A stretch of DNA of 64,000 nt from Anolis carolinensis (lineage: Eukaryota). Shown here piece by piece: positions 13,195 to 24,371 of this stretch. Numbering within the stretch: position 1 is the first letter of the stretch; each line of letters opens with the position of its first letter. A program made the translations under genes and the position numbers. Under the pieces are notes generated by a model, which was given only the letters and a program-made list of their open reading frames with translations, had not been told where the DNA came from and ran no database searches. The stretch lies in contig NW_026943818.1 of the NCBI RefSeq assembly GCF_035594765.1, forward strand, positions 20,844,724 to 20,908,723, in the 5' to 3' direction.

Positions 13195-13897
13195 ACATTT
13201 ACAGTAGAGTCTCACTTACCCAACATAAACAGGCCGGCAGAATGTTGGATAAGCGAATATGTTGGATAATAAGGAGGGATTAAGGGAAAGCCTATTAAAC
13301 ATCAAATTAGGTTATGATTTTATAAATTAAGCACCAAAACATGTTATACAACAAATTGGACAGAAAAAATAGTTCAATACGCAGTAATGCTATGTAGTAA
13401 TTACTGTATTTACGAATTTAGCACCAAGATATCACGATGTATTAAAAACATTGATTACAAAAATGTGTTGGATAATCCAGAACGTTGAATAAGCAAATGT
13501 TGGATAAGTGAGACTCTACTGTATTATTTCACTCTGATCTTATTATTATTATTACATTTATTATTCTACTCTATTTATTATTACATGTATTATTTTCCTG
13601 TATTTATTATTATTATCACATGTATTATTTTACTTTATTATTATTAAAAGGATACATAAGCACATTTACATTGAAGGAGATGAGAATAATAAGTTAATCA
13701 GAGTTGGACAGTCTTATCTTAAATTAGAGCTTGATGTAAATATTCAAAAACATTTTACCTACTGATGCCTCAATTAATGTAATTTTTTGATATCTATTTT
13801 TATTTCTGAAATTTCCCACCCTTGGCTTATACTGGAGTCAATGATTTCCCAGTTTTTTTGTGGTAAAATTAGATGCCTCGGCTTATATTCAAGTATA
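12895..13897. mobile_element. Tc1/pogo-type MITE (TIR like CCGTATATACTCGAGTATAAGCC), AT-rich interior, with nested MITE
   Basis: CTGTATATACTCAAGTATAAGCC at left, GGCTTATATTCAAGTATAT at right; a related right end lies at ~22320-22593. Confidence 0.65.
13202..13521. mobile_element. Tc1/mariner (Tigger-like) MITE, ~320 bp
   Basis: TIR CAGTAGAGTCTCACTTA(T)CCAAC, TA TSD. Confidence 0.9.
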
Positions 13898-13981
13898 TTA
13901 TTATTATTATTGGTCATGCAGTGTGAATTTATGGCCAACATCTTCCATAAAATTGCACTGGAGGACCAACGGATTGCTAGA

Positions 13982-14561
13982 TGTCATGATCTCCAATCTT
14001 TGACATCTCCGGTCGTCTGTCAAAGTACAGATGCCAGCCATAAAACGGGCCAGCCATAAAACTTCAATTACCCTCTGGTATGTGAGAGCTCCTATATAAA
14101 TGGGCCAAAGAGAAGGTTCTGGTATTCTGTACAATAAAACCTGTTATGTCATGATCTCCAATATTTGACATCTCCGGTCGTCTGACAAAGAACAGATGCC
14201 AGCCATAAAACGGGCCAGCCATAAAACTTCAATTACCCTCTGGTATGTGAGAGCCCCTATATAAATGGGCCAAAGAGAAGGTTCTGGTATTCTGTACAAT
14301 AAAACCTGTTATGTCATGATCTCCAATCTTTGACATCTCCGGTCGTCTGACAAAGAACAGATGCCAGCCATAAAACGGGCCAGCCATAAAACCTCAATTA
14401 CCCTCTGGTATGTGAGAGCTCCTATATAAATGGGCCAAAGAGAAGGTTCTGGTATTCTGTACAATAAAACCTGTTGGAATCTACCAGTGTGTATCGGTGT
14501 TTTTTTCTGGTGGAAGACTGACCCGACACCAGCTCTGATTACTTCCATCAGGCGGCCAACA
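13982..14561 (+). mobile_element. Solo LTR-like element with triplicated 165-bp 5' block
   Basis: TG...CA ends; each unit (13982, 14147, 14312) contains TATATAAA and AATAAA; homologous to 28520-28757. Confidence 0.7.
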
Positions 14562-14649
14562 CATTTCTCTCATGATCTGAATCAAACACAATACAAATAG
14601 TTCTAGTTTTAATCCATTGCTGCTCATTGAAAGCCAGTAAGATCCTCTC

Positions 14650-14898
14650 CTACGGTCTCTGTTGAAGAGCCAAATGGGACGGGGTCGTCAGCAGCTCCTT
14701 TTCTTCCTCCTTCTCCTCCTCTTCAATTTCTTTGGCTATCTTTGCTGCCTTCTCATAGCTGATCTCCAAGGTCCGGGCGATGCAGCAGATCATCCATGCG
14801 AAGCCACAGGCGGGCATCCACGCCACCCACCCCAAAAAGCGCCTCACGGTCCGGCCGGAGCTCCTCATAACAGAGAGGCCCCAAGTCAAGTGAGTGGC
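14650..14898 (-). CDS. TMEM270: TMEM270/WBSCR28-like, last coding exon
   Basis: Strong polypyrimidine+AG acceptor before 14898, phase 0; ATHLTWG...FAWMICCIARTLEISYEKAAKIAKEIEEE resembles the mammalian TMEM270 C-terminus (TWTTCLASHLLQAAFEHTTQLAEAQE); position and orientation relative to METTL27 match mammals. Confidence 0.72.
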   Translation of the reverse strand, partial: ATHLTWGLSVMRSSGRTVRRFLGWVAWMPACGFAWMICCIARTLEISYEKAAKIAKEIEEEEKEEEKELLTTPSHLALQQRP

Positions 14899-15147
14899 CT
14901 ATGAAGAGGAGGAAAGGAGAAAAAGTCAGTACTAGCCACGGAAATGTCACCGTTGAACCCGGGTTCGAATCTCCGCTTGGCCATAGAAACACACTGGGCG
15001 ACCCACTTGGCGGAAATAAAAAGGAAAGAGAACTTAAGACTTTGGAAAACTACAACTCCCAGGATTGTTGGATTTGTGGACAGCTTCATGGTCCCCTTAC
15101 CCTTTCTCTGTACTTTGCCCAACTGATGCAACACACAAAAAAACCCC

Positions 15148-16212
15148 ATCATAAATGGAGACTCCAAGTCAATGGGGTTATGAATCCAGTCCAGGTTTTG
15201 CCCGGTTTCATAGGAGTTTTATTTTAAAAATTATAAGAAAATTGTTGGATTTCTTTTCCTCTTGGACACATTAACATAACGCTGAAAGTTCTCCCTTCAT
15301 GTGAATGTATTTTGCTCTATTGGTGGAAAGAAAATATCATAAAAGATGGAGACTCCAAGTCAATGGGGTTATGAATCCAGTCCAGGTTTTGCCTGGTTTC
15401 ATAGCAGTTTTATTTTTAAAATTATAAGAAAATTGTTGGATTTCTTTTCCTCTTGGACACATTAGTAGAACACAGAAAGGTCTCCCTTCCCGTGAATGTA
15501 TTTTACTCTATTGGTGCAAAGAAAATATTTATTTATTTTATTTATTTACTACATTTATATCCCACTCTTCTCACCCCAGAGGGGATTCAGAGCGGCTTAC
15601 AAATCAAATGCACATACAATATACATTATTGTATAGCACAATTATTATTAGCATAGCACAATATAAGCATTACATTACTATATTGTACTATATCATTATA
15701 TGGTAATATTATTAGTAATATTACATTTAATATATAATATATAATTAATATTATTATATTATATTATTATTAGTATAATATTGTATTACATTATATATTA
15801 TTATCAATATTATAAGTATATACAATATATTATATATTTATAAATTATTGTATATTATATATGTGTGTGAGTGTAAAATTAGCGTAGCATGTTGCTATGG
15901 CACAGGAGACAAGATGGAACCATTTTCCTGGCTCTCAGGTTAGTATGATGATATTATAATATCATAAAAGATGGAGAATCCAAGTCAATGGGGTTATGAA
16001 TCCAGTCCAGGTTTTGCCCGGTTTCATAGGAGTTTTATTTTAAAAATTATAAGAAAATTGTTGGATTTCTTTTCCTCTTGGACACATTAGCATAATGCTG
16101 AAAGGTCTCCCTTCCTGTGAATGTATTTTGCTCTATTGGTGCAAAGAAAATATCATAAAAGATGGAGACTCCAAGTCAATGGGGTTATGAATCCAGTCCA
16201 GGTTTTGCCCCA
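15148..16212. repeat. ~190-bp intronic tandem duplication (4 copies, partly interrupted)
   Basis: ATGGAGACTCCAAGTCAATGGGGTTATGAATCCAGTCCAGG recurs at ~15155, ~15345, ~15971, ~16162. Confidence 0.85.
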
Positions 16213-16261
16213 TTTGAAAGGAGTTTTGGAACCTCTGTAAACCCTGGAATGGATATGGAAG

Positions 16262-16306
<45 letters not shown>

Positions 16307-16333
16307 TTGAGGAGGACGCCCCATTCTTCTCAC

Positions 16334-16677
16334 CAAGGGCCTCCGCCTGGGCCATCTGATGCCATCGCGGATTTTCCAAGCCAGAACCAAGAGCATCATC
16401 CAAGCCAGGAGGACGTTCTGGGCCCAGCAGAAGAGCAAATCCGTGACCAGCTCCATGGAGGCGTGGACCCAGCGCAGAAAGTCCCATTGCATTTGCTTGA
16501 AGCAGAAGTACCAGCCCAGCAGCCCGACTCGCAAGGAGAGCAGGTAGAAGTAGAGGGTGCCGAGGCCTCCTTGGATCACCCCTTGGAAACCTGTACGGAC
16601 GGCTCCGGAAGGCAGGAGGGCCCCCGGCGGAGCGGGGCCTTTGGATTGGAGGAGGCCCGGATCCATGGGAAATGTGC
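16334..16677 (-). CDS. TMEM270: TMEM270/WBSCR28-like, main transmembrane exon (probable start ATG at 16666)
   Basis: Acceptor TTTTTCCTTCCCGCAG|16677; donor TTG|GTGAGA after 16334 (phase 0, joins 14898 in frame); ASMELVTDLLFCWAQNVLLAWMMLLVLAWK resembles mammalian SVAIWTDLFLSCLHGLMLVALLLVVVTWR; ~193 aa if started at 16666. Confidence 0.72.
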
Positions 16678-16731
16678 CTGCGGGAAGGAAAAAGCACCGC
16701 TCCATCAATGTTTGATCCCAAGGAGAGCTTA

Positions 16732-16787
<56 letters not shown>

Positions 16788-16800
16788 GTCTATCTATCTA

Positions 16801-17272
16801 TCTATATAAAGGGTAATGAAATTTCGGCCTAGGACAAAACAACAAAACTACACATTCCAGAAACACTAAACTTGGCAGCACAACCCCTCATCCATGCCTC
16901 TACGTTCATACAACAAAAAGAAAAGAAAAAAAAAGTCCTAATTAGAGGGAGAGGAAGAATTGTTTTTATCCAATTGCTGCCAGTTAGAAGGCTAAGCTCC
17001 GCCCACATGGTCTCCTAGCAGGGGACAGGCAGAGTTAGGCCTCACTTAGGCCTCTTCCACACTGCCTATAAAATACAGATTATCTGATTTTAACTGGATT
17101 ATATGGCAGTGTAGACTCAAGGCCCTTCCACACAGCTATATAACCCATTTATAATGGACTTAATGTCAGAAGAAAACCTTTATCCTTTGCCTTAACAACC
17201 ACCAATTCCTCAATACTTTATTTCCCATACCACCATACTTCGCCACAGCAACGCGTGGCCGGGCACAGCTAG
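16801..17272 (+). mobile_element. Non-autonomous Helitron
   Basis: 5' TC, 3' CTAG, inserted between A and T, subterminal hairpin GCCAC-agcaacgc-GTGGC, no TIR/TSD; multi-copy in window. Confidence 0.8.
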
Positions 17273-17356
17273 TATGCTAATATAGCAGGAAGTGACATCA
17301 GCAGCCAGGTCAGCAGGACAGGGAATCCACTCTGTTGTGACTCAGCTGGAACCTCA

Positions 17357-17640
17357 GAGTGACTCTGATGGGGATGATGGGATTCAGGTTCAAAATGACT
17401 CTGATGGGGATGATGGGATTCAGGTTCAAAATGACTCTGATGGGGATGATGGGATTCAGGTTCAAAATGACTCTGATGGGGATGATGGGATTCAGGTTCA
17501 AAATTACTCTGATGGGGATGATGGGATTCAGGTTCAAAATTACTCTGATGGGGATGATGGGATTCAGGTTCAAAATTACTCTGATGGGGATTATGGGATT
17601 CAGGTTCAAAATGGTTCTGCTGGGGATTATGGAATCCAGC
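17357..17640. repeat. 36-bp minisatellite (~8 units)
   Basis: GACTCTGATGGGGATGATGGGATTCAGGTTCAAAAT repeats. Confidence 0.95.
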
Positions 17641-17769
17641 TTCAGTGTGTCCCTGTTGTAGAAGATGAGGAACAGGGAGTTTTTCCCACAGCAGGGAATG
17701 GTGTTGATGATACTGAAGCTAGCCAGGTGCAAATTGACTCAGAAAAGGAGGACAGTTCTCAGTCTGATA

Positions 17770-18196
17770 CCCTGTTTCCCTGAAAATAAGACATCCCCCA
17801 AAAATAAGACCTAGCAGAGGTTTTGCTGAATTGCTAAATATAAGGCCTCCCCCAAAAGTAAGACCTAGCAAAGTTTTTGTTTGGAAGAATGCCCAGCGCC
17901 TGCCAAACAAAACACCAGAGCATACAGGATTGGTAAATGTACATACCAGTTGTACATGGAAATAATGGTAGCAACAAGAAATTCTTGACAGGAGTCAGTT
18001 TGTCTGTTTTGGTTATGTTGGTTTGTGATGACAACTACTGTACAGTATATAATAAATGTTCTTTTTTTTTTTTGTTCAACAATAAATGTGAATTCTTCTT
18101 CATGGAAAAATAAGACCTCCCCTGAAAATAAGACCTAGCACATCTTTGGGAGCAAAAAATAATATAAGGCACTGTCTTATTTTCGGGGAAACACGG
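17770..18196. mobile_element. Tc1/pogo-type MITE
   Basis: TIRs CCCTGTTTCCCTGAAAATAAGAC / GTCTTATTTTCGGGGAAACACGG flanked by TA. Confidence 0.85.
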
Positions 18197-18813
18197 TAGC
18201 TAATGATTTCTCAGATTGACGCTAATGATGAAATGGAATCTTTAGATCGAGCTGGCCCTTGGGAATTCAGGGTTCGAAGGAGCGTGAAAATAGCAAACAA
18301 GAAGGAGGTCAGAGGCCAAAGAAATGCCTTCATGCTTTGCAAAGGGTATTAAAACAGTGGGCAGACCAAATAAGTTTGGGAACCACTGATATAGTGCCTC
18401 CCGCACACACAATGCTGAATAAAACCTTGTCCTTACCCTTCAGCTAAATGAAGCCCTGAGCCAAAAAACAAATGTAGTTTCAGAATGGGACCGAATGGGA
18501 TGCGTAGTCCAGCCTCAATGCTTTGTGAGGGGAGCAAGTATGGAGTTGCTTCACTTTCCCAAACCGGTTGGCAATCAAGCTGCTGTTTGTAGACTTTTCT
18601 GGCAGCTTTGTGACCTATCAAGCCCCATGATGTCATTCATGGTGATGTCATATAGGCGATGACATCATCACTATATATTTTTTGGAGTGAAAATTGCCAA
18701 AATAAAGTAAAATAAGAAGTTGATCATTTGACGTTGGTTTTTATTTTATTTTTTTGGCCAGCCTTGTCCTGATGGCTTTCAAGGAGGAAAGAGGACGGAG
18801 CAGGGAGGCATCC

Positions 18814-18866
18814 GTTGCCGTGGAGACCGACCGGTACCCAGTCAAACCCTGGTTGCCATGGCAACC
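18814..18866. promoter_or_regulatory. Two RFX X-box motifs, candidate TMEM270 promoter
   Basis: GTTGCCGTGGAGAC (18814-18827) and perfect palindrome GGTTGCCATGGCAACC (18851-18866) in a GC-rich unique patch upstream of the minus-strand gene. Confidence 0.65.
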
Positions 18867-19194
18867 CCAGCCTTCAAGGATGCTCGCAGGGATGCAATGG
18901 CATCTCCTAAAATTTAATCAGCTTATTATTTATTTATTTATTTACTTACTGCATGTATATCCCGCTCTTCTCACCCCGGAGCGGCTTACAAATCAAATGA
19001 ACATACAATATATTATTAACATATCATAATATAAGCATTAAATTACTATATTGTACTATATCGTTATATGGTAATATTGCATTTAATCTATAATATATAA
19101 TTAATATTATTATATTGTATTATGAGGAGTATAATATTGTATTATGGCATGGAACAAAGTTATTTCCTGGGCTGACATTCCCCCGGAAAGGCTT

Positions 19195-20100
19195 ATTGGT
19201 TCTTGGGATATGTAGTCCCCAAAAGAGCCAGGGGGTTCTGGGATATATAGTCTACAAAAGGGTTAGAAGAAGAACGTTGGGATTTGTAGTCCCCAAAGGG
19301 GTTAGAAGAGGATCACAGGGGGATTCTGGGATACGTAGTCCACAAAGGGTTAGGAAAATATTGCAGGGGATTCTGGGATACATAGTCTACAAAGGGGTTA
19401 GAAGAGGATCACAGGGGGATTCTGGGATACGTAGTCCGCAAAGGGTTAGGAAAATATTGCAGGGGATTCTGGGATACATAGTCTACAAAGGGGTTAGAAG
19501 AAGAATGTTGGGATTTGTAGTCCCCAAAGGGGTTAGAAGAGGATCACAGGGGGATTCTGGGATACGTAGTCCGCAAAGGGTTAGGAAAATATTGCAGGGG
19601 ATTCTGGGATACATAGTCTACAAAGGGGTTAGAAGAAGAATGTTGGGATTTGTAGTCCCCAAAGGGGTTAGAAGAGGATCACAGGGGGATTCTGGGATAC
19701 GTAGTCCGCAAAGGGTTAGGAAAATATTGCAGGGGATTCTGGGATACATAGTCTACAAAGGGGTTAGAAGAGGATCACAGGGGGATTCTGGGATACGTAG
19801 TCCGCAAAGGGTTAGGAAAATATTGCAGGGGATTCTGGGATACATAGTCTACAAAGGGGTTAGAAGAAGAATGTTGGGATTTGTAGTCCCCAAAGGGGTT
19901 AGAAGAGGATCACAGGGGGATTCTGGGATACGTAGTCCGCAAAGGGTTAGGAAAATATTGCAGGGGATTCTGGGATACATAGTCTACAAAGGGGTTAGAA
20001 GAAGAATGTTGGGATTTGTAGTCCCCAAAGTGTCTAGAAAAGGATTGCAGCGGATTCTGGGATATGTAGTCTACAGAGGTGCTAGAAGACTGTTGGGATA
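19195..20100. repeat. Minisatellite of 39-49-bp monomers (GGGAT(T/A)(T/C)(G/A)TAGTC core), 96/135-bp higher-order units
   Basis: 32-aa and 45-aa periodicity in ORF 19115..20113. Confidence 0.95.
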
Positions 20101-20199
20101 TGCACCTCTGTAGACTACATATCCCAGAATCCGCTGCAAACCTTTTCTAGATATGTAGTAGGAGAAGATGACTGGGGGTGTTCTGGGATAGACATTCCA

Positions 20200-20315
20200 C
20201 AAAGTGTGACGTCACCAAAGGGGAGGGGGAGAAGGAAGAGGAGAAGTGGGCGAGGCAAAGTCCTGTCCGTCCAATGGGAAGCCAGGGGCGGGGCCAGGCA
20301 GGAAACTGCAGGCGA
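20200..20315 (+). promoter_or_regulatory. METTL27 proximal promoter (CRE, CCAAT, GC box)
   Basis: TGACGTCA 20207-20214, CCAAT 20271-20275, GGGGCGGGGC 20285-20294, directly upstream of the ATG in CpG-rich DNA. Confidence 0.65.
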
Positions 20316-20321
20316 ATGGCC

Positions 20322-20432
20322 ATGGCGGTCACTCTGTCCGAAGTCCGGAGGCGAGTGGCCCAAGTGCACCAAGGCGCCGATCTGGAGCAGCAACTCCGCT
20401 TCTACGACGCTTGGGCTGCTGAGTATGATGAG
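20322..20432 (+). CDS. METTL27: METTL27 (WBSCR27) SAM-dependent methyltransferase, coding exon 1 (alternative in-frame ATG 20316)
   Basis: gccATGg Kozak; MAVTLSEVRRRVAQVHQGADLEQQLRFYDAWAAEYDE matches the METTL27 N-terminus; GT donor at 20433. The spliced 5-exon CDS is 702 nt, 233 aa, with no internal stop. Confidence 0.92.
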
Positions 20433-20526
20433 GTGCACTTGGGAGCATGTGCAGAGTTCAGGGTGAACTACAACTCCCACCCCAAAATCATGTTACATAA
20501 CGTAGCACCGACTTTCGTTGTTTCAG

Positions 20527-20655
20527 GATGTGTCGGTGTTGGAGTACGGAGCACCCCGATTCGCCGCCGCTTGCTTGGCCGCCGCTTTCGGAGACGACCC
20601 TCAGGAGGCCCTGGTGCTGGACGTGGCCTGTGGGACGGGGCGGGTGGCCCAGGAG
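20527..20655 (+). CDS. METTL27: METTL27 coding exon 2
   Basis: TTTCAG acceptor, GTAAC donor; SAM-binding motif I VLDVACGTG. Confidence 0.95.
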
Positions 20656-21080
20656 GTAACGGCACCCGAAAGTACAATGTCCAGACCCCAAAACATCACT
20701 GCAACCCTTCCCAGCCAGTATAGAAACACATTAAATTTCATATTTATCAAGGAGAGCAAGGACGGCGTCCGGCGGGCCTTCCGAGGGAAGGAATTGGGAA
20801 ATCTGGGAGCTGCCACTGAAAAGGCCTCCCTTTCTTGTTTCTACTAAATGGGTAGGGTCCTCTCCAAAAGACTTTGGACGGAGAGTTACAGGCAGTCTCT
20901 GAGTTACAAACATCCAACTTACAAACAACTCCTAGTTAGGAACAAGGCTGAGACAACAGGAAGGGAGAGGAGTGTTATGCTATATATGAGTATAATTATA
21001 TAATTATACATTATTAGTATTATATTCTACAATTATATATTAGTATGAATATATTACATAATTATATAACATTAGTATTA

Positions 21081-21403
21081 CAGTAGAGTCTCACTTATCC
21101 AACACTTGCTTATCCAACCTTCTGGATTATCCAACACATTTTTGTAGTCAATGTTTTCAATACATCGTGATATTTTGGTGCTAAATTCGTAAATACAATA
21201 ATTACTACATAGCATTAATGTGTAATGAACTAGTTTTTCTGCCAAATTTGTTGTACAACATGATGTTTTGGTGCTTAATTTGTAAAATCATAACCTAATT
21301 TGATGTTTAATAGGCTTTTCCTTAATTTCTCCTTATTATCCAACATATTCGCTTATCCAACGTTCTGCCGGCCCGTTTATGTTGGATAAGTGAGACTCTA
21401 CTG
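21081..21403. mobile_element. Tc1/mariner (Tigger-like) MITE
   Basis: Same TIR and TA TSD family as 13202-13521. Confidence 0.9.
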
Positions 21404-22660
21404 TAGTAATATATTACATAATTATATAATATTAGTATTATTATATATTGCTAGCTGTGCCTGGCCACGCATTGCTGTGGCTTATGGGAATGCTTTCTTG
21501 GCCAGGTGGAATATTTATTATTTATTTATTATTATTATTTATTTAATACATATATATCCTGCCCTTCTCACCCCGAAGAGGAACCCAGAGTGGCTTACAA
21601 ATTAAATTTACATATAATATTATATTACAGTAGAGTTTCACTTATCCAACATAAACGGGCCGAAGTTTTAAAAAGCCTTAAAAAGCCAGAAGTTTTAAAA
21701 AACCTTTTCTGGCTACTTTTAGAGTTTGAAAAGGGAGAAATAAAAGAGGTGGGAAAGGGGAGGAGAAAAGAGGCCAAAGTTGTTTTTAGGAGGACTTTGC
21801 TTGCATTTCTTCCTTGGGCAAATGCATGCCCCAAAGCTTGTAAATAATATATAGATTTCCCCCTATGAATACATTAATTTAATATATGAATTTTCCCCTC
21901 ATATGTTTGCAAGTCTCTGCAAGTCTTATAAAGATATAATTCTCTCTATATAGAGCAATGTCTAGATAGATAGATATTAATATAGATATAGGCCTTTTAA
22001 ATATGCACACAGAGAGAGAGATGTCTAGATAGATGTAAACATAGATAAATGGGACTCGCAAATATTGCAGGAGGGAAATGCACAGAGGATTTGCAAACTT
22101 TTCAGGGGGGAAATGCAAATGTGAAATTAGTATATATAATTATAGAGCTATATCTAGCTCTGCATTGATTATATAGGCATTGAATGTTTGCCTGTTACTA
22201 TGTTGGAAGCCGGCCTGAGTCCCAATGGGGAGATAGAGCAGGATACAAAGGAAGTTGTTGTTGTTATTATTCATGATGATGATAATGATGATGATTATTA
22301 TTATAAAATTATTGTTGATACCATATTGTTTTTGTTGACCCTACTTATGCACTTACAGAGTTAGCTTACTGTTTTTCTTTGAAATACGGTAAATATTCAA
22401 AAAACATTTACCCCACTTATGCCTCAGTTAATGTAATTTTATTAGTATCTATTTTTATTTTGAAATTTACCAGTAGCTGCTGCATTTCCCACCCTCGGCT
22501 TATACTCAAGTCAATAAGTTTTCCCAGTTTTTGTGGTACAATTAGGTGCCTCGGCTTATATTCGGGTCGGCTTATACTCGAGTATATATGGTATTCCTCT
22601 ATATAAGAAAAAGTGAAACCAATATGATTCCATTTGTAACATTATCGACTTCTTCCCAAG

Positions 22661-22796
22661 CTTCATACAGCAGGATTTCGCCACTTCCACGGCTTGGACG
22701 GCAGCCCGGGGATGCTGGAGCTTGCGAGGCGAAAAGACCTGTATCAGGACCTGAAGCAATGCCTCTTGGGACAAGAGGGTCTTCCCAGTCCAGAAG
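22661..22796 (+). CDS. METTL27: METTL27 coding exon 3
   Basis: AG/GT boundaries; LHTAGFRHFHGLDGSPGMLELARRKDLYQDLKQCLLGQEGLPSPE. Confidence 0.93.
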
Positions 22797-22898
22797 GTTA
22801 GCAGCACAACTGGATTGTGTGGGGAAGGATTTATGGGGGGGAGGCTATGGGGTAGGCCAGCATTTCCTTCTCTTGTTGCCTCTCTCTGTTGTCCCAAG

Positions 22899-22991
22899 GC
22901 TGCTACGATGCAGTGGTGATCGTGGGAGCACTCAGCGAAGGCCAGGTTCCCGTCAACGTGGTGCCAGAGCTGCTTCGTGTCGCCAAACCAG
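22899..22991 (+). CDS. METTL27: METTL27 coding exon 4
   Basis: AG/GT boundaries, phase 1/1; CYDAVVIVGALSEGQVPVNVVPELLRVAKPG. Confidence 0.93.
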
Positions 22992-23071
22992 GTAGGACTT
23001 CTAGGTCACTCCCATTCCAGGTTTTCAAGAAGGTGTTGCTGTCCATCACCACTTAGTCTCAAGCTCTCATC

Positions 23072-23124
23072 GGTGGTCTCCCATCCAAGTCTTAACCAGT
23101 GCTGACCCTGCTTAGCTTCCAAGA
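23072..23124 (-). pseudogene. 5S rRNA-derived fragment (5S-SINE or pseudogene relic)
   Basis: Reverse complement CTTGGAAGCTAAGCAGGGTCAGCACTGGTTAAGACTTGGATGGGAGACC matches the 5S internal control region. Confidence 0.75.
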
Positions 23125-23247
23125 GCTGCCGCCTTTACGGCATCTACATATGCACAGAGTCCCCAAAATAGGTTCTGTAGGATTGTTCTTAAGTTGGATT
23201 TGTTTGAAAGTCGGATGTTTGTAACTCAGGGACTGCATGTATACATA

Positions 23248-24000
23248 CGAGGGTTGAATAAAAAGTAATGCCTCTACATTCGTGACTTCGGTGTGGATGG
23301 GAATATTTTAATAAATCAAACGCAGAAATAATCCTCAGAATGTGCTCTTGAACTATCACTATTCACTTTTCCACATCATTGCCGGACAATTGGATACATT
23401 TCTGCCAACGATGAACAAGTTTTCTGAAGCCGTCACGGAAGAAGTCGACACTCAGTTTCCGCAACCGACGTCTCACAGGACCCATCATGCAGAGATCTTC
23501 CGATAGCCAAGCAAAGCAATAATGTGACCCACACGTTCTTGTGAAATGCCGATTATGCTTGAAATATCTGAGTGATACGCCGATTGTCCTGAATCAATCT
23601 GTCAACCTTTTGCTTGTGAAACTCGGTGGTTGCTGTCACAGGACGGCCAACTCTTTGTTTGGCAAGCAAGTCAGATGTTCCCACCTCAACATCTTTAAAC
23701 TTACTCGCCCAACAACGCGCAGTACTCACATCAACACAATCACCATAGCTTGCATTCTCGGATGAATCTCCTTTGGAGTGACACCTTCTGCTGTCAAGAA
23801 GTTAATGACTGTACGTTGCTTAAGTCGCATTGACCGACTGTCTGCACAGGGTTCTATACTTCGCACTTTAACAACACAACCATTCAATGCTAAGGCTTCC
23901 CGCCAAATGGAACTGCAGAGGAGAGTCTACTGAACAAGCCAGTACTGCCACCTGCTGAGGAGTTACGAAGGTGGAGACATTACTTTTCATTCAACCCTCA
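23248..24000 (-). mobile_element. Internally deleted mariner transposon
   Basis: TIRs CGAGGGTTGAATAAAAAGTAATG / CATTACTTTTCATTCAACCCTCA, TA TSD; minus-strand transposase remnants MRLKQRTVINFLTAEGVTPKEIH and FFRDGFRKLVHRWQKCIQ. Confidence 0.88.
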
Positions 24001-24371
24001 TATGTTTCCTACCTATTCTCAAGTGTTTTTCTTTCAAATATCTTGGACAACAATACCCATTGTACATGTGTGTAAGGCCTTGCTTTGATCCCAATGAGGC
24101 AATACACCCAAGTGACACTAGATGACACTGCTGGCCACTCACAACTGAGACACAGTGGAACCAAACCAGCATGAATGTTTGTGTATGTTTTGGTTTCTGT
24201 ATCAAGACCCAGAAACAGAACTCTCTTCAATGTTTGTTGACAAGTTTTGTTCAAAGGTAATTGGGCTTTGTCTTACTCACAAAGTGTCACATACCCGTTG
24301 GGTTTCCATGGCTGAGTTGCGCCGTGCCACCTTCACCTTTGTCCCCTTCGATTAATAATATTATTATTTTA

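Noticed and set aside
12692-13269. Poly-L/I/Y/N ORFs (also ~16260, 25330, 31430, 37230, 40390, 55730)
   Set aside because: (TAA)n microsatellite translations.
18433-18636. 67-aa ORF as TMEM270 coding exon 1
   Set aside because: Its donor is phase 2 but the 16677 acceptor needs phase 1; no similarity recognised. At most a 5'UTR exon or uORF.
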